Below are positions 46,618-56,033 of a stretch of DNA of 64,000 bases, piece by piece; the stretch's first letter is position 1, and every line of letters starts with the position of its first letter. A program made the position numbers and the translations under genes. Under the pieces are notes generated by a model. That model made no database searches. It had not been told where the DNA came from and saw only the letters and a list, made by a program, of their open reading frames with translations. The DNA comes from Planctomycetota bacterium (GTDB taxonomy: Bacteria; Planctomycetota; SZUA-567; H5-PLA8), in assembly GCA_038227875.1 (NCBI GenBank), contig JBBRPR010000009.1, forward strand, positions 64,001 through 128,000, written 5' to 3'.

Positions 46618-47757
46618 CTACTTCAACACGGGTTTCCCGTCGAACTTGACGCTCTTCAGCTTCGCTTCGACTTTTGTCTGCAGTTCCGGGGAGAGCGGGG
46701 CGTAGGCGGGTTTGGCCATGGCCTGACCTTCGTGCACGCCCCAGTTGATGAACGTCACGATCTGCGTGGCCTGGTCGATGTTCTTCAGGTACGAGAGGTC
46801 TTCGTAGACCAGCAAGTAAGTGTAGCCGCTGATCGGATATGAGCCGTCGCCCGGCGCGTCGGTGATGCTCAGGCGCAGATCGTCGGGGAAGTCGGACGAG
46901 TTCTTCGCGGCTTCGATCACGCTCTCGACGGTGGGGCGCACGGGTTTGCCGGCTTTGTTGATCATCGTGGCGTAGGGGAGCTTGGCGTTTTCGGCATAGG
47001 CTAGTTCGGCGTAGCCGATCGAGCCGGCGGCGTTCTGGACGTTCTGGGCGACGCCGTCGCTGCCTTTTCCGCCGAGTCCCGTGGGCCATTTCAGCGAGGT
47101 GGCGAAACCAGCGGCGGCTTTCCAATCGGCGCTGACCTTGCTCAGGTAGTTGGTGAAAATCCACGTCGTGCCGGAGCCGTCAGAGCGGTGGACGACGGTG
47201 ATGTCCGTCGCGGGAAGTTGCACGCCGGCGTTGAGCGCCGCGATTTTCGGGTCGCTCCACTTGGTGATCTTGCCGAGGAAGATTTCGGCCAGCACGTCGC
47301 CGTTAAGCGTCAGATTTTTCGCTTCAGGCAGATTGTAGACCACGACCACTGGACCGGCGACGGTCGGTAGATGTAGCACGCCGGGCGCCGCTTTCAGCTG
47401 TTCGTCGGTGAGCGGCGCGTCGGAGCCGGCGAACTGGACGGTCTTGTCGGTGATGCCCTTGATCCCGCCGCCGGAACCGATCGCCTGGTAGTCGGCCTTC
47501 ACCGAGGAACTGAGCGTGTTGTACTGCGCGATCCATTTGGCGTAGAGCGGAGCGGGGAACGTCGCGCCAGCGCCGTGAAGTTCGACCGAAGCGCCGGACG
47601 TGGGCGTGGCGGGTGTTCCGGATGGCTTGGCAGTGTCAGGGCTGCCACAGCCGCTGAGCAGAAACGCGAAGCCCAGCGTGGCCGCCACGAAACGATGGTT
47701 GATGATTGAGAATTGATGAATGGGACGGCTTGCGTTTTGGCGCATGTTATTCTCCAA
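46618..47757 (-). CDS. pstS: Phosphate ABC transporter binding protein (lipoprotein copy)
   Basis: Lipobox LLSGC; GAGATFPAPLY, YQAIGSGGG, HRSDGSGTT; start could be 47745. Confidence 0.95.
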   Translation of the reverse strand: MENNMRQNASRPIHQFSIINHRFVAATLGFAFLLSGCGSPDTAKPSGTPATPTSGASVELHGAGATFPAPLYAKWIAQYNTLSSSVKADYQAIGSGGGIKGITDKTVQFAGSDAPLTDEQLKAAPGVLHLPTVAGPVVVVYNLPEAKNLTLNGDVLAEIFLGKITKWSDPKIAALNAGVQLPATDITVVHRSDGSGTTWIFTNYLSKVSADWKAAAGFATSLKWPTGLGGKGSDGVAQNVQNAAGSIGYAELAYAENAKLPYATMINKAGKPVRPTVESVIEAAKNSSDFPDDLRLSITDAPGDGSYPISGYTYLLVYEDLSYLKNIDQATQIVTFINWGVHEGQAMAKPAYAPLSPELQTKVEAKLKSVKFDGKPVLK

Positions 47758-47884
47758 ACCAATAATGTTCCGGGAGGTAGGACAGTAAACGTTCGGGCGG
47801 GAGATTCAAACGAATGATGAAAAGGCAATAGCGTCGGTAGCGATTGAGCGTTCAGGGACGAAACGTCGAGGTCGTTGGTTTTTG

Positions 47885-47906
47885 GTGGTCGCAAATTTGC
47901 GACCAC
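47885..47906. repeat. Perfect 22-bp palindrome with GCAAATTTGC core
   Basis: gtggtcgcaaatttgcgaccac. Confidence 0.85.
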
Positions 47907-47952
47907 GGTTTTGCGCACAATGCAAGAATGCGCAATGTGAGTCGATCCGGAC

Positions 47953-49965
47953 TTACCGCGGCTGCATCTTGTTTCGGGAGACGTAGCGGACGATCAGGCT
48001 CAGCACGAGGATCACGAAGATCAGCACCAGCATTCCAGCCCACGCCTGGCGCTTCCAGTCGGCTTCGGCGGAGGTGACGTACTTGAAGATCTGGAGCGTC
48101 AGGGACGGGAACTGTTTGCGGGGGTCGACGACGTCGAGGTCGCTGCCCATCGCGGTGAAGAGCAGCGGCGCGGTTTCGCCGGCGATGCGGGCGACGGCGA
48201 GCATGATGCCCGTGACGATTCCGCTGCTGGCGGCGGGGAGCACCACTTTCAGCAGTGTGTGGTACTTGGCGCTGCCCAGGGCCATCGAGCCTTCGCGGTA
48301 GCTGGGCGGGACGAGTTTGAGCATTTCCTCGGTCGTCTTGGCGATGATCGGACACATCATGAAGGCCAGTGCCAGCGCACCGGCCAGGCCCGACTGCGTA
48401 TGCGTGGGGACGACCACGAGCTGATAGGCCAGCACGCCGATGATGATCGACGGCGTTCCGGCGAGCACATCGACCAGCAGCCGGATGACGTGGCTGAGTC
48501 GCGAACCGTTGGAGTATTCGGCCAGGTAGACGCCGCAGAGCATGCCCAGCGGAATGCCGATCAGGCTGGCCAGCCCTATCAGGATCAGCGTGCCGACGAT
48601 ACAGTTTCGCATGCCCGTTGGCGTGCCCACGGGGCCCGGCAGCTTGGTGAAGAAATCGAGGCTCAGGCTGGACGCGCCCATGAACAGGACGTAGCCGATG
48701 ATCAGGCCAAGCAGGGCGAGCGTCAGCGTCGCGGCGGCGATGCACAGAATCACCATGATCTTGCTGAACACGCGCACAAACGTGTTGTTGTGAGCGATGG
48801 CGATGTGCGGAATCGCCACGGGCGTGGTGGGCGAGACCGCGGAGGAATGGACGACGTCCGTGGACTTGGCCGGCTTGGGATTGCCCAGGCCGAAGGGCAG
48901 CAGCGAGCGGAGCCCGCCGGGCTTGGTGGTGCTGTTGACCATGACGCGGGCGATCAGATTCATGGTGAACGTCATCACCAGCAGGACCAGCGCGACGTAG
49001 ATCAGGGCGCTGACGTATTGTGGTTTGTCGGCTTCGGCGAATTCGTTGGCGAGCAGACTGGCCATGGTCTGAGCGGGCTGGAGCAGGCTGGCGCTGATCG
49101 AGTTGCTGTTGCCGATTACCATGACCACGGCCATCGTTTCACCGACGGCGCGGGCCAGACCGAGCATAATGGCACCGAAGATGCCGGTCTTGCCGTAGTT
49201 GAGCACCACCAGGGTGGCCTGCCACCACGTCGCACCGAGAGCGTAGGCGCCTTCGTCGAGATCCTTGGGGATCGAGCGCAGGACGTCGCGGGTGACGGAG
49301 GTGATGATCGGGATGATCATGATCGCCAGGACCATGCCCGCAGCGAGCATGCTCACGCCGACGGCCGGTCCGGAGAAGAGCGCGCCGATCACGGGCACTT
49401 TGCCCAGCGTGGCTTTGAGGAAGGGCATCAGGGTTTTCTGCAAAATCGGGACGAGCACCGCCACGCCCCAGAAACCGTAGGCGATACTGGGAATCGCGGC
49501 GAGCAGTTCAATCATGAAGGCGGTGGGGCCGACCATCCAGCGCGGGGCGAGGCGGACGAGAAACACCGCCGAACCGATGCTCACCGGAACCGCCAACGCC
49601 AGCGCGATCAGAGAGCTGACGATGGTTCCGAAAATGACCGGCAGCGCGCCGAACTGTTCTTCGACGGGATTCCATTCGCTGTCGAAAAGGAATTTCCATT
49701 TGTACTGCATGATCGCCGGCCAGGCGCTGTAGGTCAGCACCACGGCCAGCAACAGGACCAGGCCAATGATCGTCAAGCCGCCAGCGACGCAGGTGCCAAC
49801 GGTGAGGTTGTCGGCAAATTTGCGGAACTTGGCTTTGGCAATGGCCGGGTCGGGTGGGGCGGCACCTGAGTTGGAGGCTTCATTGACGGTGAGCGACGGC
49901 ATGTGGGGTTCTCTCGGTACTGCGCCAATGGAAGCCCAACGTGTGGCCGGGGTAGGTTCGGCCAC
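47953..49965 (-). CDS. Fused PstC-PstA phosphate ABC permease
   Basis: PstC half (IELLAAIPSIAYG, ARAVGETMAV), linker, PstA half (YLAEY, LAGTPSI, ARIAGETAPLL); likely start ATG 49902. Confidence 0.93.
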   Translation of the reverse strand: MAEPTPATRWASIGAVPREPHMPSLTVNEASNSGAAPPDPAIAKAKFRKFADNLTVGTCVAGGLTIIGLVLLLAVVLTYSAWPAIMQYKWKFLFDSEWNPVEEQFGALPVIFGTIVSSLIALALAVPVSIGSAVFLVRLAPRWMVGPTAFMIELLAAIPSIAYGFWGVAVLVPILQKTLMPFLKATLGKVPVIGALFSGPAVGVSMLAAGMVLAIMIIPIITSVTRDVLRSIPKDLDEGAYALGATWWQATLVVLNYGKTGIFGAIMLGLARAVGETMAVVMVIGNSNSISASLLQPAQTMASLLANEFAEADKPQYVSALIYVALVLLVMTFTMNLIARVMVNSTTKPGGLRSLLPFGLGNPKPAKSTDVVHSSAVSPTTPVAIPHIAIAHNNTFVRVFSKIMVILCIAAATLTLALLGLIIGYVLFMGASSLSLDFFTKLPGPVGTPTGMRNCIVGTLILIGLASLIGIPLGMLCGVYLAEYSNGSRLSHVIRLLVDVLAGTPSIIIGVLAYQLVVVPTHTQSGLAGALALAFMMCPIIAKTTEEMLKLVPPSYREGSMALGSAKYHTLLKVVLPAASSGIVTGIMLAVARIAGETAPLLFTAMGSDLDVVDPRKQFPSLTLQIFKYVTSAEADWKRQAWAGMLVLIFVILVLSLIVRYVSRNKMQPR

Positions 49966-49982
49966 ACGCCGGGCAGATACAC

Positions 49983-51029
49983 TTACTTGACCAGGGGCTG
50001 ACCGTCAAACACGATCGTCTTCAACTTCTCTTCGACCTTCTTGGTCAATTCCGGCGCCAAGCGGGCGAAATTCGGGGCAGCCAGTTCCTGGCCGGCGTGT
50101 TCGCCCCACGTGATATAGCTGACCAGGGCCGTGGCCTGATCCTTGTTCTTCAGATAGGAGAGGTCTTCGTAGACCAGCAGGTAGGTGAACCCGCAGATCG
50201 GATAGGAGGCGTCGCCCGGGGCGTCGGTGATGCTGACGCGCATGTCGTCGGGGATTTCGATGACCGACTTGGCCGCTTCGTTGACGCCATCGATGCTGGC
50301 GCGGACCGGCTTGCCGGCCTTGTTGATCTGCGTGGCGTACGGAATCTTCGAGTTTTCCGCGAACGCCAGTTCGACGTAGCCGATGCCGCCGTCGGCGGTT
50401 TGAACAGCCTGCGCGACGCCGTCATTGCCCTTGCCGCCCAGACCTGTCGGCCACTTCACGGACGTGGCGTTGCCGACAGTCTTCTTCCAATCCGCGTTGA
50501 CCTTGGAAAGATAGTTGGTGAAGATCCAAGAGGTGCCCGAACCGTCCGAGCGGTGGACGACGACGATATCCTTGTCCGGCAGGTTGACGCCGGAATTGAG
50601 AGCCACCAGCTTGGGGTCGTTCCACTTGGTGATCTTGCCCATGTAGATGGCGGAAAGGACATCGCCGTTGAGCGTCAGATTCTGGACGCCTTCGAGCTTG
50701 TAGATGAGAACCACGGGGCCGGCGACGGTCGGCAGGTGCAGGATCTTGGCCGGCGCTGCCTTGAGCTGTTCGTCGGTCATCGGGGCGTCGGAGCCGGCGA
50801 ACTGGACGGTCCGGTCGGTGATCCCCTTGATGCCGCCGCCTGAACCGATGGCCTGGTAGTCGACCTTGATCGTGGCGTTGGCTTTATTGAATTCTGCCAC
50901 CCACTTGGAATATAAGGGAGCCGGGAACGTGGCACCTGCGCCATGGAGTTCAACATTCTCGGCCCGGGCTCCGGACATTCCGATTACCAGCACCGCACAC
51001 ACGGCGGCGAACCAACTCATTCTTACCAT
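49983..51029 (-). CDS. pstS: Phosphate ABC transporter binding protein (SPase I-type signal copy)
   Basis: ARA signal peptidase site; GAGATFPAPLY, HRSDGSGTS; AAGGAG RBS. Confidence 0.96.
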   Translation of the reverse strand: MVRMSWFAAVCAVLVIGMSGARAENVELHGAGATFPAPLYSKWVAEFNKANATIKVDYQAIGSGGGIKGITDRTVQFAGSDAPMTDEQLKAAPAKILHLPTVAGPVVLIYKLEGVQNLTLNGDVLSAIYMGKITKWNDPKLVALNSGVNLPDKDIVVVHRSDGSGTSWIFTNYLSKVNADWKKTVGNATSVKWPTGLGGKGNDGVAQAVQTADGGIGYVELAFAENSKIPYATQINKAGKPVRASIDGVNEAAKSVIEIPDDMRVSITDAPGDASYPICGFTYLLVYEDLSYLKNKDQATALVSYITWGEHAGQELAAPNFARLAPELTKKVEEKLKTIVFDGQPLVK

Positions 51030-51095
51030 TGTACTTATCTCCTTCTCCCGTGATCGGGAAACTGTTTCTCTGTGTCACGATTAGACCATTGGAGA

Positions 51096-51133
51096 GTGAA
51101 CGGGGGTTGTGGGTCGTGTAAAGATTGGATGAA
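51096..51133 (-). promoter_or_regulatory. Candidate Pho-box-like 11-bp-periodic repeats
   Basis: Minus-strand TTCAT, TTTAC, TTCAC at 11- and 22-bp spacing upstream of pstS. Confidence 0.3.
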
Positions 51134-51344
51134 GACGGATTGCGGATCGGAGTCTCCAAGTAAGCCCTGAATTAGAGGATTGAACGAACGGAGGCGGGCG
51201 GCAAATAAGTTCAGCTGCTCGCATGTATTCTGATTGTCGAACCGTGTTCATTTGCTGCAAACCGGATCCGTGCTCGTTTCCCGCCTGTTGTCTCCGAAAT
51301 GACGCTCCGGTATTGTCACGCCAAAACCGAGGACTTTTCGACCC

Positions 51345-53708
51345 ATGGCCAAATCGATTCTCATTACGCAATGTTTGCAGCGGGATTTTATTGATCCGTT
51401 GTTGCCGCATGATCCGCTGCCGAATTGCCTGCATGTCGGGTATTCGGAGTCGGCGCGGTTGCTGGGGCATGATCCGGCGGCGGGGCCGATTGCGCAGTTG
51501 ATGCATTGGGCTCGCGCGCAGCGCGGCGATGACTTGGAGATCATCCATATTCGCGATTGGCACGACCGCAACGATCCCAAGCAGAGCGACCATCTGCGGA
51601 TGTTTGGCGAGCATTGCATCCAGGATACGCCCGGCGCGCAGCTGATCTTGAATCTCGATTCGGGCCTGGCGGGGCGGCGCAACGAGCGGACGGTCGATTC
51701 GATTGCGTTGAACGACTTCGAGCAGACGACGCTGGCGGCCCAGCTCGACGCGGCTATTGGAGGCGATCGCGAGAACGTGCGCATCGGCGTCGTCGGCGTG
51801 TGGACGGAAGCGAAGGTGAGCTTCCTGCTCTACGATTTGAAGACGCGCTACAACATTCAGGAACTGGCGACCTGCAGCGCGCTGACGGCCAGCGCGTCTC
51901 GCGCGCAGCACTTCAATGCGCTCGAACAGCTCAGCCGGATTCTCGGCGTGAAGGTTTTCGACACCGTGGGCGACCTGGTCGGCTGGCTGAGCCCGGGAAG
52001 CAGCACGCAATTGCCTGGCGATAAAGCAACGTTCGGGCACCGCGTGCTGATGAAGGGCACCACCGCCACCCAGGTCGGAATGCCGGCGCTGACGGAGAGC
52101 GACCAGGACATTGTCGGGTATCTCTACCGCGACAGTTCGGCGGTGAATCTGGAGCCGCTGTCGGGCGGCTTTTCTGGAGCGTTGGTGTTTCGCGCGACAA
52201 GCGCCGATGCGCTGGGGCACCAGCAGGCGCCGTCGGTGGTGAAACTGGGGCCGAACAAATTGATCGGCGCGGAGCGCGTGGCGTTCGAGCGCGTCGAGGA
52301 GATTCTGGGGAACAACGCGCCGAGCGTGCGCGGCTTTGCGGAGATCGGATCGCGCGCGGGGATCAAGTATTCGTTTGCGTCGATGGGGCAGGGAAAGGTC
52401 CGGTCGCTGAAGGGGCTCTTTGATGGCAATCAGCCTGTGGAAAAAATCGACGGCGTGCTGAAATGCGTGTTCGGGGAAGTGCTGCGGCCGTTTTATTCTG
52501 CGGCGCGCTACGAGCGGATGCCGCTGCTGGAGCACTATCGGTTCTCGCCGGAATTCGCGCCGCACGTGCGGAAGAACGTGGAGGCGATCGTCGGCACTGC
52601 CGCGGCGGGAAAATCGCGCCTGGAGTTTGCGGGCGGATACGTCGCCGACAACCTGTGCGGATTCTACGAATCGTTTTTGAAGAACGCTCAGCCGGATCCC
52701 GGCGAATCGCATTTCGTCTCGTATGTGCATGGCGATTTGAATGGTGCCAACATTCTCGTCGACGGGCGTGACAACGTCTGGATCATCGATTTCTTCCACA
52801 CGGCACCGGGGCACGTGCTGAAGGATCTGGTGAAGCTCGAGAACGATCTGCTCTACATCTTCACGCCGATTCCGGATCGCGAAACGCTGGCCGAAGCGCT
52901 GCTCATCACGCGGGCGCTGCGGGCGGTGGAGGATCTGGCCTCACCGCTGCCGGAAGCGATTGCGGGAATCAAGTCTCCGCAGTTGCTGCGCGCGTGGGCG
53001 ATGTTGCGGACGCTGCGTGGATTCGTGAGCGAGTATTGCAGGTCGGACCGGCATCCGGTGCAGATGGACATTGCGCTGCTGCGCTACGCGGCGCACACGT
53101 TGTCGTTTGATGAATCCTCACCGCTGCAAAAAGAATGGGCGCTGGCGGCAGCGTGCGGCTACGCGGAAGACGTGGTGAAGACGCGGCGCGCGGAAGAAGT
53201 GTTGCGCATCGATTGGATCGGGCTGCCCGGGCCAAAAGGCCCGGCCGGGCGTTTGGGAATCACGATCTGTCCGGGCCGGCGGGATCGCGGGCGGGATTTG
53301 GCGGCGGATCTGGAGGTGCTCGCGAACGAAAAAGTTTCGCGCGTGATTTGCATGGTGACCGACGCGGAACTGGAGTGGGCCGGCGTGCGCGAATTGGGCA
53401 GCGCAGTAAACGCGCGGGGGATGCAGTTCCGGCATTTCCCGGTGGCCGACCAGAACGTGCCAGCGCTCGACGACACGGTGGATCTGGTGCGCTGGATCCT
53501 GGCGGCGCTTCACGCGAAAGAAAACGTGGTGATTCATTGCATGGGCGGCTTGGGGCGCAGCGGGACGCTGGCGTCGTGCGTGCTGACGGCGCTGGGATCG
53601 GACGCGGCCTCGGCGATTGCGGCGGTGCGCAGTTCGCGCGGCCCGCGCGCGGTGGAGGTGCGGCGGCAGGAGGAGTTTGTGGAGGGGTTTGCGGGGCAGA
53701 AGGGCTAA
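51345..53708 (+). CDS. Isochorismatase-like / APH-type kinase / CX5R phosphatase fusion
   Basis: QCLQRDF, HIRDWHD, EHC, GVWTEAKV; LSGGFSGA, VVKLG, HGDLNGANIL, IDF; HCMGGLGRSG. Confidence 0.88.
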   Translation: MAKSILITQCLQRDFIDPLLPHDPLPNCLHVGYSESARLLGHDPAAGPIAQLMHWARAQRGDDLEIIHIRDWHDRNDPKQSDHLRMFGEHCIQDTPGAQLILNLDSGLAGRRNERTVDSIALNDFEQTTLAAQLDAAIGGDRENVRIGVVGVWTEAKVSFLLYDLKTRYNIQELATCSALTASASRAQHFNALEQLSRILGVKVFDTVGDLVGWLSPGSSTQLPGDKATFGHRVLMKGTTATQVGMPALTESDQDIVGYLYRDSSAVNLEPLSGGFSGALVFRATSADALGHQQAPSVVKLGPNKLIGAERVAFERVEEILGNNAPSVRGFAEIGSRAGIKYSFASMGQGKVRSLKGLFDGNQPVEKIDGVLKCVFGEVLRPFYSAARYERMPLLEHYRFSPEFAPHVRKNVEAIVGTAAAGKSRLEFAGGYVADNLCGFYESFLKNAQPDPGESHFVSYVHGDLNGANILVDGRDNVWIIDFFHTAPGHVLKDLVKLENDLLYIFTPIPDRETLAEALLITRALRAVEDLASPLPEAIAGIKSPQLLRAWAMLRTLRGFVSEYCRSDRHPVQMDIALLRYAAHTLSFDESSPLQKEWALAAACGYAEDVVKTRRAEEVLRIDWIGLPGPKGPAGRLGITICPGRRDRGRDLAADLEVLANEKVSRVICMVTDAELEWAGVRELGSAVNARGMQFRHFPVADQNVPALDDTVDLVRWILAALHAKENVVIHCMGGLGRSGTLASCVLTALGSDAASAIAAVRSSRGPRAVEVRRQEEFVEGFAGQKG

Positions 53709-53764
53709 GGACTGAGGACTGCGCATTTGGCCTTGCAGGTCCTAAAGCGTGCATTCACTCAATA

Positions 53765-53793
53765 AAAATCCCCCGCTGAATGCGGGGGATTTT
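53765..53793. terminator. Bidirectional intrinsic terminator
   Basis: aaaatcccccgc-tgaat-gcgggggatttt between convergent genes. Confidence 0.85.
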
Positions 53794-53812
53794 CATTCCT
53801 TCTTCGACATTC

Positions 53813-54493
53813 CTAGTCCCGGCTCTTGCTCATCTCAGAGCGGTCGAGCATCGTGACGCCGTCGCCGCTGTCGAACATGCCGACAATGGTGTAGATGCCG
53901 GTGCCGGTGACTGGAAAGAGGATGCCGTTCATTTTGGAACCGGAGGCGACGTCGGCGCGCGCGCCCTTGTCATCGTAAACGTCCTTGGTGATGGCCTGCC
54001 AGGTCTTGCTGCCGGCATCGTAGGTCAGCACAACCTGCGTGCGGTTTTTGGCGTTGTCGCCGAGGTTGAAGCGTTCGTCGGCGCTGATGCGCAGGCTGAT
54101 GGAGAGGCGGTACGTGCCGTCGGCGTTGGGCGTGAGGCCGGCCTGGAGCGCGTTGTCTTTTTCGACGCGCATCTGGCTTTTTCCGAACTCGGCGGCAGTG
54201 ATCGCTGCCACGGGGTCGCGCCCGACTTTTTCGTCCTTCTGCGCGGCGACAACGGCTTCGAACGAGGAGTCCTTCGAGTTCTGTTTGCGCAGCTTTTCAA
54301 GCCCCATCGAGAGCACTTTCTTTGGGTCGGCGGGATCCACCATCAGATACAGCGACCACGCGCTGTAACCCGCGGCGTGCGGACAGAGCACGAAGACGGG
54401 CTGCTTGACACCCGCGTCGGCGGCGCGCGCTGACGTGAGGCTCAACAGTGTGGCCGACAAAGCGAGCACCGATAGCGAACGAATGAAGCGCAT
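53813..54493 (-). CDS. Hypothetical exported protein
   Basis: Signal peptide ending ARA; GGAGG RBS; typical codon usage. Confidence 0.75.
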   Translation of the reverse strand: MRFIRSLSVLALSATLLSLTSARAADAGVKQPVFVLCPHAAGYSAWSLYLMVDPADPKKVLSMGLEKLRKQNSKDSSFEAVVAAQKDEKVGRDPVAAITAAEFGKSQMRVEKDNALQAGLTPNADGTYRLSISLRISADERFNLGDNAKNRTQVVLTYDAGSKTWQAITKDVYDDKGARADVASGSKMNGILFPVTGTGIYTIVGMFDSGDGVTMLDRSEMSKSRD

Positions 54494-54593
54494 TCAAATC
54501 CCTCCAGAGCCTCAATTACAGACGCCGCAAGCTAAACGGGGAATGATATATTCGCGAGTATTTTCTGTCAGATAGTTCCGTCTTTCCTACTGC

Positions 54594-54965
54594 TCAATTT
54601 CCCGCAACTCCCACAGTTTCTATAACGCGGTTAAGTTCGAGAGGCTTGGCCAGCACCTTTTGAATACCGAGCATGCGGGCAAGAACGTCAGCGCGATTGG
54701 AGGCGGTCATCAGCACTACCTTCGCGAGGGGGTGGTGCCAGCCGGTGTATTCCAGGAATTTCGTCGCGCTGGGTCCGGGCATCATGTAATCGAGCAGAAT
54801 CGTAGTGACCGAGCGCCCGTCCAGGATCGACATTGCCTCTTCGCGATCCACAGCACAGACGACCGAGTAGCCTTTTTTCTTCAAAAAGTACGACAACATT
54901 TCGCGGGTCTCGAAGTCGTCGTCAACAATGAGAACGTCGGCGTTGGGAAGGGTCGCGTTTTTCAT
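54594..54965 (-). CDS. Single-domain response regulator receiver
   Basis: VLIVDDD, ILLDYMMP, LMTA, AKP. Confidence 0.9.
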   Translation of the reverse strand: MKNATLPNADVLIVDDDFETREMLSYFLKKKGYSVVCAVDREEAMSILDGRSVTTILLDYMMPGPSATKFLEYTGWHHPLAKVVLMTASNRADVLARMLGIQKVLAKPLELNRVIETVGVAGN

Positions 54966-55058
54966 GGGTGGACTGCCTCTGAAGTCGTGCGATCCGCTGC
55001 ATAGCGTTCAGACCGGGAGGCTCACGCGAACGTCCGCGTGAGCGCCCCAATCCGAGCG

Positions 55059-56033
55059 CTAGTTGGCGCTCGCTGTTTCATGGGTTGAATCGTGCTTTGG
55101 AGTTGCATCCGCACTGCCACGCTGGCAGACGGTCTGCCGCCAAACTTTGCGCGCGGGAGTCGCACAGACTTCGCGCGTGCGGTCTTCGTACCGGGCCGGA
55201 ACTGCGATGCGGCGTTCACACGCCTGCTTGACGCAGACCTGGCGTTCAACGGTCTTGAATTCCGCGGGGATCACGTCGTATGTCTTCTCGGCTTTGCGAA
55301 CGCAAACCTGCTTGGTGCGCATTTCGTAGACGGCGGGAATCGGGATGCGGATTTCGCTTTCGGGCTTCACGCAGACGCGCTTGGTGACGGTCTTGTAGAC
55401 GGGCGGAATCACGCGTTCGGCGCAGCGTTCGGGCGTCACGCAGACCTGGCGGGTGCGGGTTTCGAACTTGGCCGGGATGGCCACGAGGCAGTAGCAGGAA
55501 TCCTTGCTTTCATGCGCGGCCAGATCGGACGCGGCGCATTCGCTGCGGCGCCATTCGGTGCGGGCCGGCGAACCGCAGACCTGGTATTCTTCGGTCCGGA
55601 AGGTGGCGGGAATCGTGTAGCGTTCGCGCTTTTCACCACAGACCATCACCTGCTCGGTGCGGTCTTCGTACACGGCGGGAATCTTTTCCTTGCGGCAGGT
55701 CTCGTCCTTGACGCAGACACGGTAGCTTTCGGTCTTGTATTCAGCGGGAATTTCGCGGCAGACCTTGCTTTCGGGGCGCACGCAAACGCGTTCGCTGCGC
55801 GTCTCGTAGACGGCAGGGATCGGTTCGACACGGCAGGTTTCCGGCGCGACCATCACGCGTTCGGTCACGGTTTTGTACTGCGGCGGCAGTTCCACGAGGC
55901 ACCAGCATTCGCCGGGCTGCGCCTGCGGCGGTTTGCCGCCATCAAACGCGATTTCATCGGACGCGCGAACGCCAAAGTTCAGTGAACTCCAGACCGACGC
56001 GACTGCAATAAACATGGACAGTTTGCGATTCAT
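55059..56033 (-). CDS. Exported Cys-rich 23-aa-repeat protein
   Basis: Start MNRKLS with GAGGGG RBS; signal peptide; ten IPA.Y.T....VCV.P repeats. Confidence 0.85.
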   Translation of the reverse strand: MNRKLSMFIAVASVWSSLNFGVRASDEIAFDGGKPPQAQPGECWCLVELPPQYKTVTERVMVAPETCRVEPIPAVYETRSERVCVRPESKVCREIPAEYKTESYRVCVKDETCRKEKIPAVYEDRTEQVMVCGEKRERYTIPATFRTEEYQVCGSPARTEWRRSECAASDLAAHESKDSCYCLVAIPAKFETRTRQVCVTPERCAERVIPPVYKTVTKRVCVKPESEIRIPIPAVYEMRTKQVCVRKAEKTYDVIPAEFKTVERQVCVKQACERRIAVPARYEDRTREVCATPARKVWRQTVCQRGSADATPKHDSTHETASAN

